Shown here: positions 21,801 through 30,842 of the stretch, piece by piece
Layout of the letters: the number at the start of each line of letters is the position of its first letter
Position numbering within the stretch: the first letter of the stretch is position 1
Assembly (NCBI GenBank): GCA_965222765.1
Contig: CBDCVG010000043.1
Coordinates: 97,053-161,052, forward strand
Length of the DNA: 64,000 nucleotides
Reading direction: 5' to 3'
Origin: Caldora sp.
GTDB taxonomy: Bacteria; Cyanobacteriota; Cyanobacteriia; Cyanobacteriales; Coleofasciculaceae
Translations under genes and position numbers: made by a program
The notes under the pieces: model-generated
The model's database searches: none
Told to the model about the DNA's origin: nothing
Seen by the model: only the letters and a program-made list of their open reading frames with translations

Positions 21801-22332
21801 GTTTCGACCAAATTTGATGATCATTGATTTGGTGATGCCAGGGATAGATGGTTTTGAATTGACTCAATATCTACGCCAGTTAGCTGAGTTTGAACGGACG
21901 ATTTTGATCGCTTCTTCCGCCAGTGTCTCTGAGTTTTATCAAGTTCAGAGTAAAGAAGTTGGTTGCAATGATTTTCTCGCTAAACCAATACAAGCGGAAG
22001 ATTTGCTCCTTAAAATTCGAGATAACTTAGAGTTGACATGGGTGTACAAAGATGATAATAAAATGCCAAATCAACCGACTTTAGCTCTAACTAATTCCTC
22101 CCAAGGCATTCAATCAACTACAATAATTACTCCCTCTATTGAAGAACTAAATACCTTATATGATTTGGCTAAAAAAGGGCTAATTGATAGCTTGATAGAG
22201 CAAGCAGAGAAATTGAAAGACTTAGATCTTAAATATTTGAGTTTTGCTCAAAAAATTCAACAATTAGCTCAAAATTTTGAAATTAAAGCAATTAGAAATT
22301 TACTTCAAGAATATATAAATAGGGCTTGCTGA
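18874..22332 (+). CDS. Hybrid sensor histidine kinase, paralog of 14489-18205 (GAF, PAS x2, GAF, HisKA, HATPase_c, REC, C-terminal extension)
   Basis: Collinear with HK1 from its residue ~258 onward. H-box SHELRTPLNGILGY. Stop codon supplied by a MITE terminal repeat. Confidence 0.85.
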   Translation: MRGDCISSLITQTFTAIGTSSSAVLDLTKVIKASQAFFEEIYLAPLLSTVLQVMMENAGADKGALLLLEADNLVIAAQCISGQQCNLQPIPIESSSKLPITAINYVWHTQQTLVSNEVKAETFLAADSYIIGTQPQSLLCLPIIHQSKLIGILYLENQLTAGIFTSNRLEILKLLCAQTAIALENARLYQQLEAYSETLEQKVQKRTHELQQEIRGRQEVDSALRLSEEKFAKAFLCSPNAITITSLSDGKHLEVNDSFCSFTGYSAEEILGYTAMELNLWVNAEDRDRLFNAIQDTKVIRNYEFDFRTKSGAVRTALLSAEIITLHGQKCLLSLSNDITERQQASKSLAQLNLALANAMPGIAKLSTEGRYVEVNDSYAKIAGYEPEEMIGVQWQESIYPEDLPIAIAAYERMLVEGKAEFEARGVRQDGSIFYKQVLMVKADLNRAGFEGHYCFYKDISDAYQRAEQRRQTEAALEHQNQQLQQEISERQRIEAMLDGQNRILELIAKGKPLSEILDSLAQFIEWLSGEALCSFLLLESNTGKLRHGAAPSLPDSYNQAVDGIAIGPKVGSCGTAAYSKKTVIVSDIATNYLWEDFKDLALQYNLRACWSTPVIAREEVLGTFAMYYGESKTPSPETQKLIDKATYLARIAIEHDRTTQALQQAKEAADAANRAKSQFLTNMSHELRTPLNGILGYTQLFQRSAELTPQQQKGINTIHTCGTHLLTLINDILDLSKIEVEKMELYPHDFHLPNFLWGVTQMCQIRAQQKGITFAYQPSNQLPTAVHADEKRLRQVLINLLGNAIKFTDSGGVTFKVSVISQEQRTNDVGQMTNQIRFEVEDTGIGIATEELEKIFEPFEQVGDNQHKSEGTGLGLAITKKIISLMGSQLQVETTLGDGSTFWFELELPQASESMQLRTQSSLREIIGYQGDRKKILVVDDYDENRLVFVKLLEPLGFEIREASNAEEAVEQGIKFRPNLMIIDLVMPGIDGFELTQYLRQLAEFERTILIASSASVSEFYQVQSKEVGCNDFLAKPIQAEDLLLKIRDNLELTWVYKDDNKMPNQPTLALTNSSQGIQSTTIITPSIEELNTLYDLAKKGLIDSLIEQAEKLKDLDLKYLSFAQKIQQLAQNFEIKAIRNLLQEYINRAC

Positions 22333-22365
22333 ATAAGTTTTTTGTGAGAAGAGGCAATGGTGAGC

Positions 22366-23064
22366 TTAAACTTTGATTAGTTGAGAACGTCTATATTTGA
22401 CAATTTCAGGTATATAGCTATTTTTGCCTTTTTGTCTTTGAAAGCCAAGGCGATCGTAAACCATCCCACCAATTCCAGGAATCACTTCACCTTGAGAGGT
22501 ACGTTCGTCGTCCTTGGCAAAGTAGAAAAACCGAAATTTATCATAGATATTCTTTTCAAATTCATTTTCCAGTTTCTTTTCAGCGTCATAATACATCACT
22601 GGAGCAACTATAAAAATATTTTCTGGATCAATTTTTTGAATCAGATCAACAAGATTAGTTCTAACTACACAGGCTCCAGAAATGATAGATTTTACTATAA
22701 CTAAATAGTTGACATGACTTGCCGTAGGTTCTTGATATTTTTTAATAATTGGAGCAATTTTCATGTCTTCAACTTCAAAGGGAGAAAATCGCTGATTCCA
22801 GAAGCAAGCGAAGGCGATTTTCTGAAGCTTATTTTCCAGACTATTCAAGATTCCTTTTGCTAAAAAATCAGCATCTTCAACTGTACAAGCAAGGTATAGA
22901 CTGCTCTGCTCTTGATCAATTTCAGTTACCAGTATATTACCGAGACTCATACCAATTTTTGTCATAGTTTCTCGGTAAAGAGTTGGTTCACTACTCTTGT
23001 TAGCGATAGTGTCAAGTAGAACCTTAATATGTTCATTAACAAGGCTTGAGTATACTCTGGTCAT
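22366..23064 (-). CDS. Uracil phosphoribosyltransferase-family protein, divergent (PRPP-loop acidic residues replaced)
   Basis: C-terminal EVIPGIGGMVYDRLGF aligns with the UPRT YIIPGLGDAGDRIFGT motif. LVIVKSIISGACVV lies where the DPMLATGGS PRPP loop would be. The gene is AT-rich. Confidence 0.5.
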   Translation of the reverse strand: MTRVYSSLVNEHIKVLLDTIANKSSEPTLYRETMTKIGMSLGNILVTEIDQEQSSLYLACTVEDADFLAKGILNSLENKLQKIAFACFWNQRFSPFEVEDMKIAPIIKKYQEPTASHVNYLVIVKSIISGACVVRTNLVDLIQKIDPENIFIVAPVMYYDAEKKLENEFEKNIYDKFRFFYFAKDDERTSQGEVIPGIGGMVYDRLGFQRQKGKNSYIPEIVKYRRSQLIKV

Positions 23065-23514
23065 ATTAAAAAAGCCTCGAGTTCTTCAAAAGAAGTAGGG
23101 TTATTTCTTTTGAGTAGTTCCTGAAATCGTTTAAACTTACTGGAATCAATACTATATGGTAGTGTTCCTTGGTCTAGCCCATTGCTGTTGATGCAAGTGT
23201 ACCATCTTGACGAGAAGCTTCATGTACTTACTTAAAGTAAAACCCCTGCTACACACTACTTTTGTCATTGCGATCGCTAAGTACCTAATTTCTAAGCCTG
23301 GTATACTTTTTGAGTCTGTACTTGATGGATAAGTTATCTTAGCAGAGCATAGCTTACTTAGTATTGCATCACTACCCCACTCAGAACCAAAAATTGATTT
23401 GTTCATTTTTATGAATACACAAGATACTTCAGCTTCTCCTCCTATACAAATTCGTCCTCTGAGGACTTTTATGCGAGTAGACACACTCAGAGTGAAGATG
23501 TCCGGATTGAGCTT

Positions 23515-24333
23515 GTGCCCATGATTGACGTAATTTTTTGTATTCTGACATTCTTTATCCTGGCGGCAGTGGGCTTTTCTCGCCAACAAGCAATTAGTGT
23601 CGATATACCTAAAGCAAGAACTGGAACGCCACAAGGGCAGGAAATCTTGATGATTACCCTTGATCAGTCGGGTGAGGTTTATGTTGAAAAAGAACGTATG
23701 CTAAGGAAAGAGCAGTTTAAGCGCAAACTAGAGGCATATCGTCAACAGAATCCTGGTGGATTGATGGCGCTCTATGCTTCGGAAAATGCCCGTTACAATC
23801 AGGTTGTGCAGGTGTTGGATTTTCTTAGGGAAGTCGGAGGCGAGCGGGTAGCGCTAGCAACTCTAGCTGGGGAATTGCCAACTAGTAACCAGCCTGCTAC
23901 GCAACCACCAGGTACTTCTGTCCCTGGCTTAGATCCTAACCAGCAACCAGGTACTTCTATCCCTGGCATCACACCACCAACTCCAGGTACTTCTATCCCT
24001 GGCATCACACCACCAACTTCAGGTACTTCTATCCCTGGCATCACACCACCAACTCCAGGTACTTCTATCCCTGGCATCACACCACCAACTTCAGGTACTT
24101 CTATCCCTGGCATCACACCACCAACTTCAGGCACTTACCCTAATCAACAGCCACAAGGATTACCCAACTTCAACGGTTCCAGTCCAGGTAATCAACAGCC
24201 ACAAGGATCACCTAATTTGAACAGTCCAAGTCCAGGTAATCTACAACAATCTTTGCCTGGAGACACAGGGGTGAGTCCGAATCCTCGTCCTACAGCTTCT
24301 CCAAGAAAGAGTAATACTCTTCCTGAGAGTTAA
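23515..24333 (+). CDS. ExbD/TolR-family biopolymer transport protein with a C-terminal Pro/Thr-rich tandem-repeat extension; start uncertain (GTG 23515 or ATG 23521)
   Basis: PMIDVIFCILTFFILAAV TM helix and ExbD periplasmic core. Six 36-nt repeats encoding PGTSIPGITPPT at 23946-24130. Confidence 0.7.
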   Translation: MPMIDVIFCILTFFILAAVGFSRQQAISVDIPKARTGTPQGQEILMITLDQSGEVYVEKERMLRKEQFKRKLEAYRQQNPGGLMALYASENARYNQVVQVLDFLREVGGERVALATLAGELPTSNQPATQPPGTSVPGLDPNQQPGTSIPGITPPTPGTSIPGITPPTSGTSIPGITPPTPGTSIPGITPPTSGTSIPGITPPTSGTYPNQQPQGLPNFNGSSPGNQQPQGSPNLNSPSPGNLQQSLPGDTGVSPNPRPTASPRKSNTLPES

Positions 24334-24485
24334 TTTAATTCTCCCCCATGGAGTTGTCAAACGACTACGAATGTTCCCCTGCGGCTACCTACTTCCTTAC
24401 TCAAGCAGATAGATGAAGCTGTTCAAAAAAGGGTGATAAAGATGCCGCACTTAGCGGATACTTGGAACAGATGAGCGATCGCGAT

Positions 24486-24652
24486 CACCGAAAGCGGCAC
24501 CGAAGCCCATTCCTTTAGGGATGGGAGGGATAGCTGCCCGCCGCTTGGTTGGCAAGTTATTTGTTAGAAAGTTTTTTGTACAAACAACCAACAACTAACA
24601 ACTTACTAACACTTGTATCCCCCGTGCTGTCTTCCGGGGGATGAGGGGTGAA
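24486..24652. repeat. Dispersed repeat family 3 copy (caccgaaagcggcaccgaagcccattcc ... hairpin ... GGGGATGAG)
   Basis: Near-identical copies at 52719-52885 and 53396-53570. Confidence 0.55.
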
Positions 24653-24847
24653 CGAAATATGAAGTGGGATTTATAGCAAAGTATCCTCTCAAATCATTAG
24701 TTCTCCTTTGTTTCCGTATCTCCCCATCTCCCTATCTCCCCACCCTTTTTTTCGCTCACCCGGGGATGAGTTAACTGGAGAATCCTCAAAGATTGCTCCT
24801 CTGAAATATGATGAAAATAGTACCAAATCAAAAGAGCTGTATTCGGT

Positions 24848-25117
24848 ATGACTACCATTAAAGACAAATTGGACATGGCGATTGCATCCACCCCAGAACC
24901 GATCCTAGAACAAGTTCTCGACTATCTCGAATACCTCAAAGCTAAAGCAGGTAACTCTAGGAGAGAATCTAGCACAGCTGTGATTGAGCCGGTCGAACCT
25001 ATTTTGCGTGATTCTAAAGCCAAAGACTTACTGAAATTTGCAGGCACTTGGCAAGGAGAAGACTTTGAGGAATGCCTTGAACTTGTCTACAATAGTCGTT
25101 CTGAAGCTCAATTCTGA
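24848..25117 (+). CDS. Type II antitoxin (VapB-like partner of the downstream PIN toxin)
   Basis: 89-aa ORF whose stop overlaps the start of the PIN-domain gene (ATGA overlap). Confidence 0.6.
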   Translation: MTTIKDKLDMAIASTPEPILEQVLDYLEYLKAKAGNSRRESSTAVIEPVEPILRDSKAKDLLKFAGTWQGEDFEECLELVYNSRSEAQF

Positions 25118-25560
25118 TGTATTTGCTCGACACCAACCACTGTAGCCGTATCATCTTCGGCGAACCTACCTTGATGCAGCAGCTACAACTTCACACAGAA
25201 GCAGGTGTTGCCACCAGTACCATCGTCTGTGGAGAGCTCTTTTACATGGCAGCTAAATCTGAACGAAGAGCCGCGAACCTCCAGCAAGTCAGAGCTTTTA
25301 TAGACACAATCGCCTTATACCCCATTAATCTCCCCATTTCTGAAATTTACGGCTCCCTCAAAGGAAAACTGATTGCTGCTTTTGGTCCCAAAAATAAAAT
25401 ACAGCGACGAAACTTCAACCCACAAAACCTTGGTTTTGGAGACAATGATCTCTGGATTGCAGCTACAGCAATATACAACAAACTTACAGTTGTTTCTGCC
25501 GACAATGATTTTCAGCGCATTCAACAGGTGGAACCTTTGGTATTAGAATCTTGGATTTGA
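25117..25560 (+). CDS. vapC: PIN-domain toxin VapC
   Basis: LLDTNHC N-terminal acidic motif, NDLWIAATAI and VVSADNDF PIN motifs; 147 aa. Confidence 0.8.
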   Translation: MYLLDTNHCSRIIFGEPTLMQQLQLHTEAGVATSTIVCGELFYMAAKSERRAANLQQVRAFIDTIALYPINLPISEIYGSLKGKLIAAFGPKNKIQRRNFNPQNLGFGDNDLWIAATAIYNKLTVVSADNDFQRIQQVEPLVLESWI

Positions 25561-25636
25561 AGAGAATTACAACAAAGGCACACCAGGGTAAAAAGAAAGG
25601 TTCCGATCGCTTACTCAGATCAACCCAACACATAAC

Positions 25637-25857
25637 TAGGGCTTGCTGAATAAGTCGTAATTTTCGGGTTTGAATAGGTGGTAGGTGGTAGGTGGCAGGT
25701 GGTAGGTAAGGTATTAGGTATTAGGTGTTAGGGAATTTTCCACGAAAGTGCAAGGTTTTTGAGCCCATAGATGCAAAAACCTTGCACTTGTTTGGCTTAC
25801 CATAGGATTGAAAGCCTCGTCACCGCATGGCTTCCACACTTATGCAGCAAACCCTAA
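25637..25857. mobile_element. MITE family 1 copy (plus orientation)
   Basis: TAGGGCTTGCTGAATAAGTC at the left end and GCAGCAAACCCTAA at the right end. Internal TAGGTGG heptamer array and hairpin gtgcaaggtttttgagcccatagatgcaaaaaccttgcac. Confidence 0.65.
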
Positions 25858-26036
25858 CTACATATATAGCAGTTATCGCATCCGTGAGATACAGTCAATT
25901 TTGACGAGCCTATTCCTTAGAATTGGGGTTTAGACTAAAAATTTAATGTCTATGGACTGACTTGTTAGGCATTATTTCGGTTTCCTTTTTCACCAACCAG
26001 GTAGATGATAAATAGAATTACGACGAGCACATCTTA

Positions 26037-26642
26037 TTAGAGCTTCTGTTTCTTCTTGCCAAGGATTGCTGAACCTACGCTGAAAGTACCGAGTGCAAAG
26101 AGGCTCAGAGTTGACATGGGTTCAGGGACGGTGATTGGAGCTGCAGTAAAACTAGCGGGTAATTCACTATCTTCCGGACCGAAATTTTCAAAACCTGGTA
26201 CAAATGGTGGTGCAGAAAAAATCTCAAAATAACCTGGAGGCTCCAAAAAACTAGCAAAAAACACATTAACAAAGTTTCCTCCCGAGGTGGAATAGCCAAA
26301 ACCATCACTTGTTAACTGCTCAGGATTAAGACTGATTAAATTGTCAAGTTCAAAAGGTTCGTTTCCCGGTATTGAAGTTCCCGTAGCTTCCAAACCAGTA
26401 ATTGTTTCGTTATTGCGCGTACCAGTAATTCCAGTAATTTGGTAAAAACCCAAATCGTCAGGAGTATCATTAGTAGTTAAAGTACCACTAGCATCTACGC
26501 CAGTAACTGAATAGCTCCAGTTCCAAGTTAAAGCAGAGGCAGTTTCTATTTTCCCAAAAACTAACCCAGATGTAGCCGTAAGGACTGTGATAGATAGTGC
26601 AATTATATTTTTCATCAAAAAATTTAATCGGAAAGTAAACAA
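26037..26642 (-). CDS. PEP-CTERM sorting-domain secreted protein
   Basis: N-terminal signal peptide. C-terminal VPEP motif, hydrophobic segment and KKKQKL basic tail. Confidence 0.75.
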   Translation of the reverse strand: MFTFRLNFLMKNIIALSITVLTATSGLVFGKIETASALTWNWSYSVTGVDASGTLTTNDTPDDLGFYQITGITGTRNNETITGLEATGTSIPGNEPFELDNLISLNPEQLTSDGFGYSTSGGNFVNVFFASFLEPPGYFEIFSAPPFVPGFENFGPEDSELPASFTAAPITVPEPMSTLSLFALGTFSVGSAILGKKKQKL

Positions 26643-26762
26643 TACCCTGAGGGCTGAAATTAGTCAAATCCAACTGCGATCGCTCAGGAAAGGAGAAGAA
26701 ATTAACTCATCCCCCGGAAGACAGCCCTTGGTTGACTATCGGGATGGGTGAAGATATGACAT

Positions 26763-28244
26763 TTAAAACAATTCGGCTTCCTTAAACTGCTCCAACTTCT
26801 GAGCATTTGCCGCTTCGCCACAAGTGCGCGGTGTAGGAAATATTTTACCTGGATTGGCTAAACCTTTGGGGTTGAAAACTTGATTGATCCATTTCATCGT
26901 TTCTAAATCAGTTTCCGTGAACATGTCCGGCATATAACAATTCTTATCCGCACCAATACCATGTTCCCCAGAAATACTACCTCCTGAGCTAACACAGAGT
27001 TTGAGAATTTCTCCTCCTAACTCTTCCACTTGTGCAAATGCTCCTTCAACGGAATTATCATAAAGAATCAGTGGATGGAGGTTACCATCACCAGCATGAA
27101 ATACATTAGCAATGGGATACCCATATTTCTCACTTAAAGCTTCAATATCTTGAAGAACTCCTGCTAATTGAGTACGAGGAATTACCCCATCTTGAACGAA
27201 ATAATTAGGACTCATATGACCGGCTGCAGCAAAGGCGGCTTTGCGACCTTTCCACAATTTGAGGCGAGTTTCTTGGTCTCTAGCAGAAGTAATATTTCTG
27301 GCTCCATTCTGTTGACAAATTTCCGCAACCCGCTGTTTATTAGTTGCTACTTCTACCTCTAAGCCATCAAGTTCTACTAACAGAATCGCTTCTGCATCTC
27401 TGGGATAACATCCCGTTGCCACTACATCTTCCACGGCATTAATACTGAGGTTATCCATCATTTCCATACCAGCAGGAATAATCCCGTTACTAATAATATC
27501 TGCAACCGCAGCACCAGCAGCTTCAATGCTGGTAAAGTCTGCCAGAAGGACACAAATAGATTCCGGTGTCTTAAGAATACGTAGGGTAATTTCTGTGGCA
27601 ATACCGAGAGTACCTTCAGAACCAACAAATAAACCCGTCAGATCATAACCAGGCATTTCTGGCACTGCTCCTCCCACATCTACAATTGAACCATCACCCA
27701 AGACCAGTTTTAAACCCATAACATGGTTAGTCGTGACCCCATATTTGAGACAATGGACACCACCGGAATTTTCAGCAACATTACCCCCGATGGAACAAAT
27801 AATTTGGCTGGAAGGGTCAGGAGCATAGTAAAATCCAGCACCACTGACAGCTTGGGTAACCCAGTTGTTGATTACCCCTGGTTGCACAACAATCCGCTGG
27901 TTTTCTAAGTCAATATCCAGGATGCGCTTCATCAAGGCGGTGACAATCAACACGCAATCTTCCACCGGCAAAGCACCGCCAGATAAGCCAGTACCAGCTC
28001 CCCGTGCTACCCAAGGGATTTGATTTTGATCACAAATTTTCACTGCTGCTGCTACTTGTTCTGTGGTGCGGGGTAGCACTACTAATGCGGGTTTTTGCCG
28101 ATAGCTGGCTAAACCATCACATTCATAGGTCAACAATTCTTCTTTACGACGAATTACACTATTTTTACCTACAGCTGCCTCAAATTGCTTAATAATTTGT
28201 TTCGAGTTAGCTTTTGTAGCTTGGACGGGATTTCTCAGAATCAT
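26763..28244 (-). CDS. glcD: Glycolate oxidase subunit GlcD (FAD-linked oxidase)
   Basis: FAD_binding_4 N-domain (PRTTEQVAAAVKIC...ARGAGTGLSGGALP); 493 aa. Confidence 0.8.
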   Translation of the reverse strand: MILRNPVQATKANSKQIIKQFEAAVGKNSVIRRKEELLTYECDGLASYRQKPALVVLPRTTEQVAAAVKICDQNQIPWVARGAGTGLSGGALPVEDCVLIVTALMKRILDIDLENQRIVVQPGVINNWVTQAVSGAGFYYAPDPSSQIICSIGGNVAENSGGVHCLKYGVTTNHVMGLKLVLGDGSIVDVGGAVPEMPGYDLTGLFVGSEGTLGIATEITLRILKTPESICVLLADFTSIEAAGAAVADIISNGIIPAGMEMMDNLSINAVEDVVATGCYPRDAEAILLVELDGLEVEVATNKQRVAEICQQNGARNITSARDQETRLKLWKGRKAAFAAAGHMSPNYFVQDGVIPRTQLAGVLQDIEALSEKYGYPIANVFHAGDGNLHPLILYDNSVEGAFAQVEELGGEILKLCVSSGGSISGEHGIGADKNCYMPDMFTETDLETMKWINQVFNPKGLANPGKIFPTPRTCGEAANAQKLEQFKEAELF

Positions 28245-28285
28245 AATAGGGTGATTAAATTAGAAAGTATTAACTATTTTTCAGG

Positions 28286-29353
28286 ATGTCTACAAACCTC
28301 ACTTCCCAGTCTCCCAACCCCGTATATCCCATTATCTGGCAAGAAGACAAAGTTGTACTGATTGACCAAACTCAACTGCCAGAAAAGTACACCACTGTAG
28401 AAATTAATGACTATCAGGAGATGGCGCAAGCAATCAAAACTATGATTGTCCGAGGTGCCCCTGCCATTGGTATTGCAGCAGCTTATGGGATGTACCTGGG
28501 AGCAAGGGAAATTCAGACAACAGACAGAGATACCTTCCTTAACCAACTCGAAGAAATTGCTCAGCAGTTGCGCCAGACTCGTCCCACAGCAGTTAATTTA
28601 TTTTGGGCGATCGCACGGATGTTGAAAACTGCTCAGGAGACACAGGGTTCATTGGAGCAGCTTCAGGCATCTTTGTTGGCAACAGCTCAAGCAATTCAAA
28701 CTGAAGATTTACACACTTGTCAAGCAATTGGCGATCGCGGTTTAGAAATTTTACCATCTCAACCTCAGCAATTAACTCTGTTAACTCACTGTAATGCTGG
28801 AGCACTAGCAACAGCTGGTTATGGTACTGCCTTAGGTGTAGTGCGCTCAGCATGGCGGGAGGGAAGACTAAATCGAGTCTATGCAGATGAAACCCGTCCC
28901 CGCTTGCAAGGAGCCAAGCTTACTTCCTGGGAATGTGTGCAAGAAGGCATACCAGTTACGGTAATTACCGATAACATGGCAGCTCATTGTATGAAACAGG
29001 GGTTAATTGATGCAGTAGTTGTAGGAGCGGATCGGATTACTGCGAATGGGGACGTTGCTAACAAAATAGGCACTTATAGTTTAGCGATCGCAGCTGTTGC
29101 TCACAATATTCCTTTCTTTGTTGCTGCGCCTTTATCTACTATTGATTTTAAGCTAGCTACCGGCAGTGAAATCCCAATAGAAGAGCGCCACCCCTCGGAA
29201 ATCTATCAAGTAGGGGAAACGGTCTTGTGTCCACCAAGAGTAGAGTTTTATAATCCCGCCTTTGATGTTACACCTGCGAAGTTAATCACAGCAATTATTA
29301 CTGAGCAGGGTGCGGTTGCGCCTGAGAAGTTGGGACGACTTAGGGCTTGCTAA
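28286..29353 (+). CDS. mtnA: S-methyl-5-thioribose-1-phosphate isomerase (eIF-2B alpha/beta/delta family)
   Basis: 355 aa with the characteristic MtnA length and motifs ([32 protein letters not shown]). Last codons and stop come from a MITE end. Confidence 0.85.
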   Translation: MSTNLTSQSPNPVYPIIWQEDKVVLIDQTQLPEKYTTVEINDYQEMAQAIKTMIVRGAPAIGIAAAYGMYLGAREIQTTDRDTFLNQLEEIAQQLRQTRPTAVNLFWAIARMLKTAQETQGSLEQLQASLLATAQAIQTEDLHTCQAIGDRGLEILPSQPQQLTLLTHCNAGALATAGYGTALGVVRSAWREGRLNRVYADETRPRLQGAKLTSWECVQEGIPVTVITDNMAAHCMKQGLIDAVVVGADRITANGDVANKIGTYSLAIAAVAHNIPFFVAAPLSTIDFKLATGSEIPIEERHPSEIYQVGETVLCPPRVEFYNPAFDVTPAKLITAIITEQGAVAPEKLGRLRAC

Positions 29354-29354
29354 A

Positions 29355-29573
29355 TAGGGCTTGCTGAATAAGTCGTAACTTTCGGGTTTGAATAGGTGTT
29401 AGGTGTTAGGTGGTAGGTGGTAGGTGAGGTTGGAGGTAGTAGGTGTTAGGGATTTTCGACTTACGGTGCAAGGAAATTGAGCCAAAAGATACAAAAACCT
29501 TGCACTTGGCAAAGTATAAAATGTTTGAAAGCTTTGCCTGGCATAGTTTCCACACTTTTGCAGCAAGCCCTAA
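29355..29573. mobile_element. MITE family 1 copy (plus orientation), preceded by a partial tandem terminal repeat at 29341-29354
   Basis: Reverse complement is near-identical to 6517-6735. Confidence 0.65.
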
Positions 29574-29643
29574 ATAAGTCGGGTGGTGACGAGAGGCAAC
29601 AGCTCATCTGGCAACAGGCAACAGTTCCGGAGTGATTATCCAT

Positions 29644-30423
29644 TCAAATAAATCTAGTCAGCTGCACCCGGTAGCGTTCCTTTTTAGTTACACTAACATC
29701 CCCAACTTCCACTCGTCCCTTCCCACGAATAGCAATTAAGTCTCCTGATTTAACTAAGGAGCTAGCTTGGGTAACATCTTTCCAGTTCACCCGGACATCA
29801 CCACCATTAATCAGCTCAACCATTTTATTGCGGGAAGTGCCGAAACCAGCCGAAGCGATCGCATCTAAGCGCATTGATGCTTCTACAGTGGTTCTTTCTT
29901 TTTTCTTCGGTTGTCGAATCTTGAGTTCACTCAGTTCAATCCGTTCACTTTTTACTGGTACTGAACGTACCTGAGTTAAATTAGCTGCCAGAAACTCCAC
30001 CATTTCCGGCACTACAATTGCTTGGGCTCCTCGTTCTCCCAGGACAATAATATCCCCAGTCTTTTCCCGCACCAAACCTGTTCCCAACATTGCCCCCAAG
30101 AAATCCCGGTGGTTAGCTGGATCAAAGAGAAAATTACCTGCAATGTCTAATGCTGCCACTTCTACTTGGTATTGTTCTAAGGGTAACTCTTCTCGTGCGA
30201 TCGCTAAACGTTGTCGTTCTGCTTGAGGATAACCTCCCCAAGCCAGCAGCTGCACTTCTGTCAGACGCCCAAACTGCTGCTGAATTTCGATTAATACTGG
30301 TGGTGAGAGAAAATCAGTCAAGACCACTTCCCAAGTCTTGATTGCCTGTTCAGCTTGATCAATGATACGGGCAACATCCTCTCGATTTTCGACCCCTTTT
30401 AACAGTTCTTCTCTTGGTAACAT
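29644..30423 (-). CDS. S4 RNA-binding domain protein (YlmH-like; photosystem II S4 domain protein family)
   Basis: C-terminal S4 domain (MRLDAIASAGFGTSRNKMVELINGGDVRVN); 259 aa. Confidence 0.65.
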   Translation of the reverse strand: MLPREELLKGVENREDVARIIDQAEQAIKTWEVVLTDFLSPPVLIEIQQQFGRLTEVQLLAWGGYPQAERQRLAIAREELPLEQYQVEVAALDIAGNFLFDPANHRDFLGAMLGTGLVREKTGDIIVLGERGAQAIVVPEMVEFLAANLTQVRSVPVKSERIELSELKIRQPKKKERTTVEASMRLDAIASAGFGTSRNKMVELINGGDVRVNWKDVTQASSLVKSGDLIAIRGKGRVEVGDVSVTKKERYRVQLTRFI

Positions 30424-30842
30424 TTTAGTTGTTATTTATCAATTGATAATTGATAATTGATAATTGATTAAATGATTTCTTGACCGAGCGGCTTGCTTTC
30501 AACGAAATCTTGTATATCGTCAGGATACTGAAAATCATTGGGAATGCTGGCTAATAATTCATCAAGGTTTGAAGAACTGTTCTTCTTGGTGATAATCAGG
30601 GTATCCTATGACTCAGTTAGTTCAATAATTGAGTCAGAGGATACCGAAGCTTTCCGCGATTGTGCGGGGGATTCGGAAGCCGATACTATTACCCCATTTT
30701 GTTAGTTCAATCTCCATGTCTGTCCCCTTGCCGTAAGAATTATACAATGTATAACTCTCATGGTAGTTGATCAATAACAAGTATGAGCGCCTAATCTGCC
30801 GACAAGATGATCCTCTACGATATGGTGCATCACATCTTCTTC

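Noticed and set aside
23152-23634. 160-aa minus-strand ORF, and 23799-24134 minus ORF
   Set aside because: Both overlap the ExbD gene and its repeat region. The products are Cys-rich or repeat-derived. The 23799 ORF is the antisense reading of the Pro-rich repeats.
23946-24130. 36-nt tandem repeats (and the 66-nt repeats at 13485-13700) considered as a CRISPR array
   Set aside because: The repeats are contiguous with no spacers. They lie in frame inside long ORFs and encode Pro-rich and LRR units respectively.
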